A DNA stretch of 7,132 bases from a virus (Duplodnaviria; Heunggongvirae; Uroviricota; Caudoviricetes). Positions within the stretch are counted from its first letter, which is position 1. Each line of letters starts with the position of its first letter. Positions 6,751 through 7,132 of the stretch are shown here, in pieces. The stretch lies in IMG/VR virus record IMGVR_UViG_2690316278_000006; one strand, given 5' to 3'. The translations under genes were made by a program, and so were the position numbers. A model generated the notes under the pieces. That model was not told the origin of the DNA and did not search any database. It worked only from the letters and a program-made list of their open reading frames with translations.

Positions 6751-7086
6751 GATACCGCAGACAAGGTGAAGGGGATCTACGTGCGCCCTTATCCGACCAC
6801 GTCGCAGCCGGACATGGTTCGCCAGGTGGGAACAGGCAAGAACTTCCCGGGCGACGCCATGAAGCGTGGCTACGTGACCGTTAATCTCGGTTCTGATTTT
6901 GATGCCAGCACTATCAAAAAAGGCGATCCGGTATACGTTGTCGTCTCCACTGATGAATCCATCAAAGTGCCGCTGGGTGGATTCATGTCCACGTCAGTCA
7001 GTGGCAAAAACGTGGTGCTGACCAACGCTGAATTCACAGGTGCCGGTGATGCTGACGGCAATGCAGAAATTTCCTGGAAGATTTAA
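6751..7086 (+). CDS. phage head-module structural protein (hypothetical), C-terminal part after the 26-nt N-run
   Basis: Frame open from the first base after the gap ('DTADKVKGIYVRPYP...') to TAA 7084-7086. The track starts it at GTG 6766, but the frame is open back to 6751. The hexamer GATACC occurs immediately before (6719-6724) and immediately after (6751-6756) the gap, and joining the flanks through one copy makes a single continuous ORF of about 168 aa. The sequence looks beta-rich; the function (decoration or other capsid-associated protein) is a guess. Confidence 0.5.
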   Translation, partial: DTADKVKGIYVRPYPTTSQPDMVRQVGTGKNFPGDAMKRGYVTVNLGSDFDASTIKKGDPVYVVVSTDESIKVPLGGFMSTSVSGKNVVLTNAEFTGAGDADGNAEISWKI

Positions 7087-7132
7087 GGAACAGACGAATG
7101 AGGTGATGCTGCCAACTTACTGATTTAGTGTA

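Noticed and set aside
5650-6769. Track ORFs 5650..6099 (+), 5755..6585 (-), the X-rich N-terminal part of 5777..6544 (+), and 6663..6884 (+)
   Set aside because: They are extended through N-runs or lie antisense to, or out of frame with, well-supported head-module genes; treated as artefacts. The real part of 5777..6544 is kept as 6095..6544.
1-7132. rRNA, tRNA (including a possible suppressor tRNA), CRISPR repeats, IS elements or integrase/att sites
   Set aside because: No tRNA-like D or T arm motifs were seen in the only non-coding stretches (about 58-189 and 703-896), there are no regularly spaced direct repeats, and no transposase or integrase-like ORF is present; none is supported within this window.

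Overview
This window reads as the packaging and head-assembly (late) module of a tailed phage or prophage with enterobacterial-looking codon usage, all on the + strand: terminase small subunit, PBSX-type terminase large subunit, portal, a Mu-F/SPP1-gp7-like head morphogenesis protein, a scaffold/protease-like protein and a small structural protein. Upstream, on the opposite strand, is an AT-rich gene for a small DedA/YqaA-like membrane protein that looks like a moron (cargo gene). Three N-runs (1371-1855, 5799-6094, 6725-6750) interrupt three genes and make several ORF-track entries artefactual. The two most notable observations are that the portal reading frame (3146-4612) is intact except for two in-frame TAG codons, and that the terminase small-subunit gene carries a tight cluster of GTACGCA/TGCGTAC heptamers including a perfect 9-bp inverted repeat, a candidate pac site. 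No rRNA, tRNA, CRISPR array or IS element was seen. All protein family assignments come from motif recognition by eye and memory, not from any database search.
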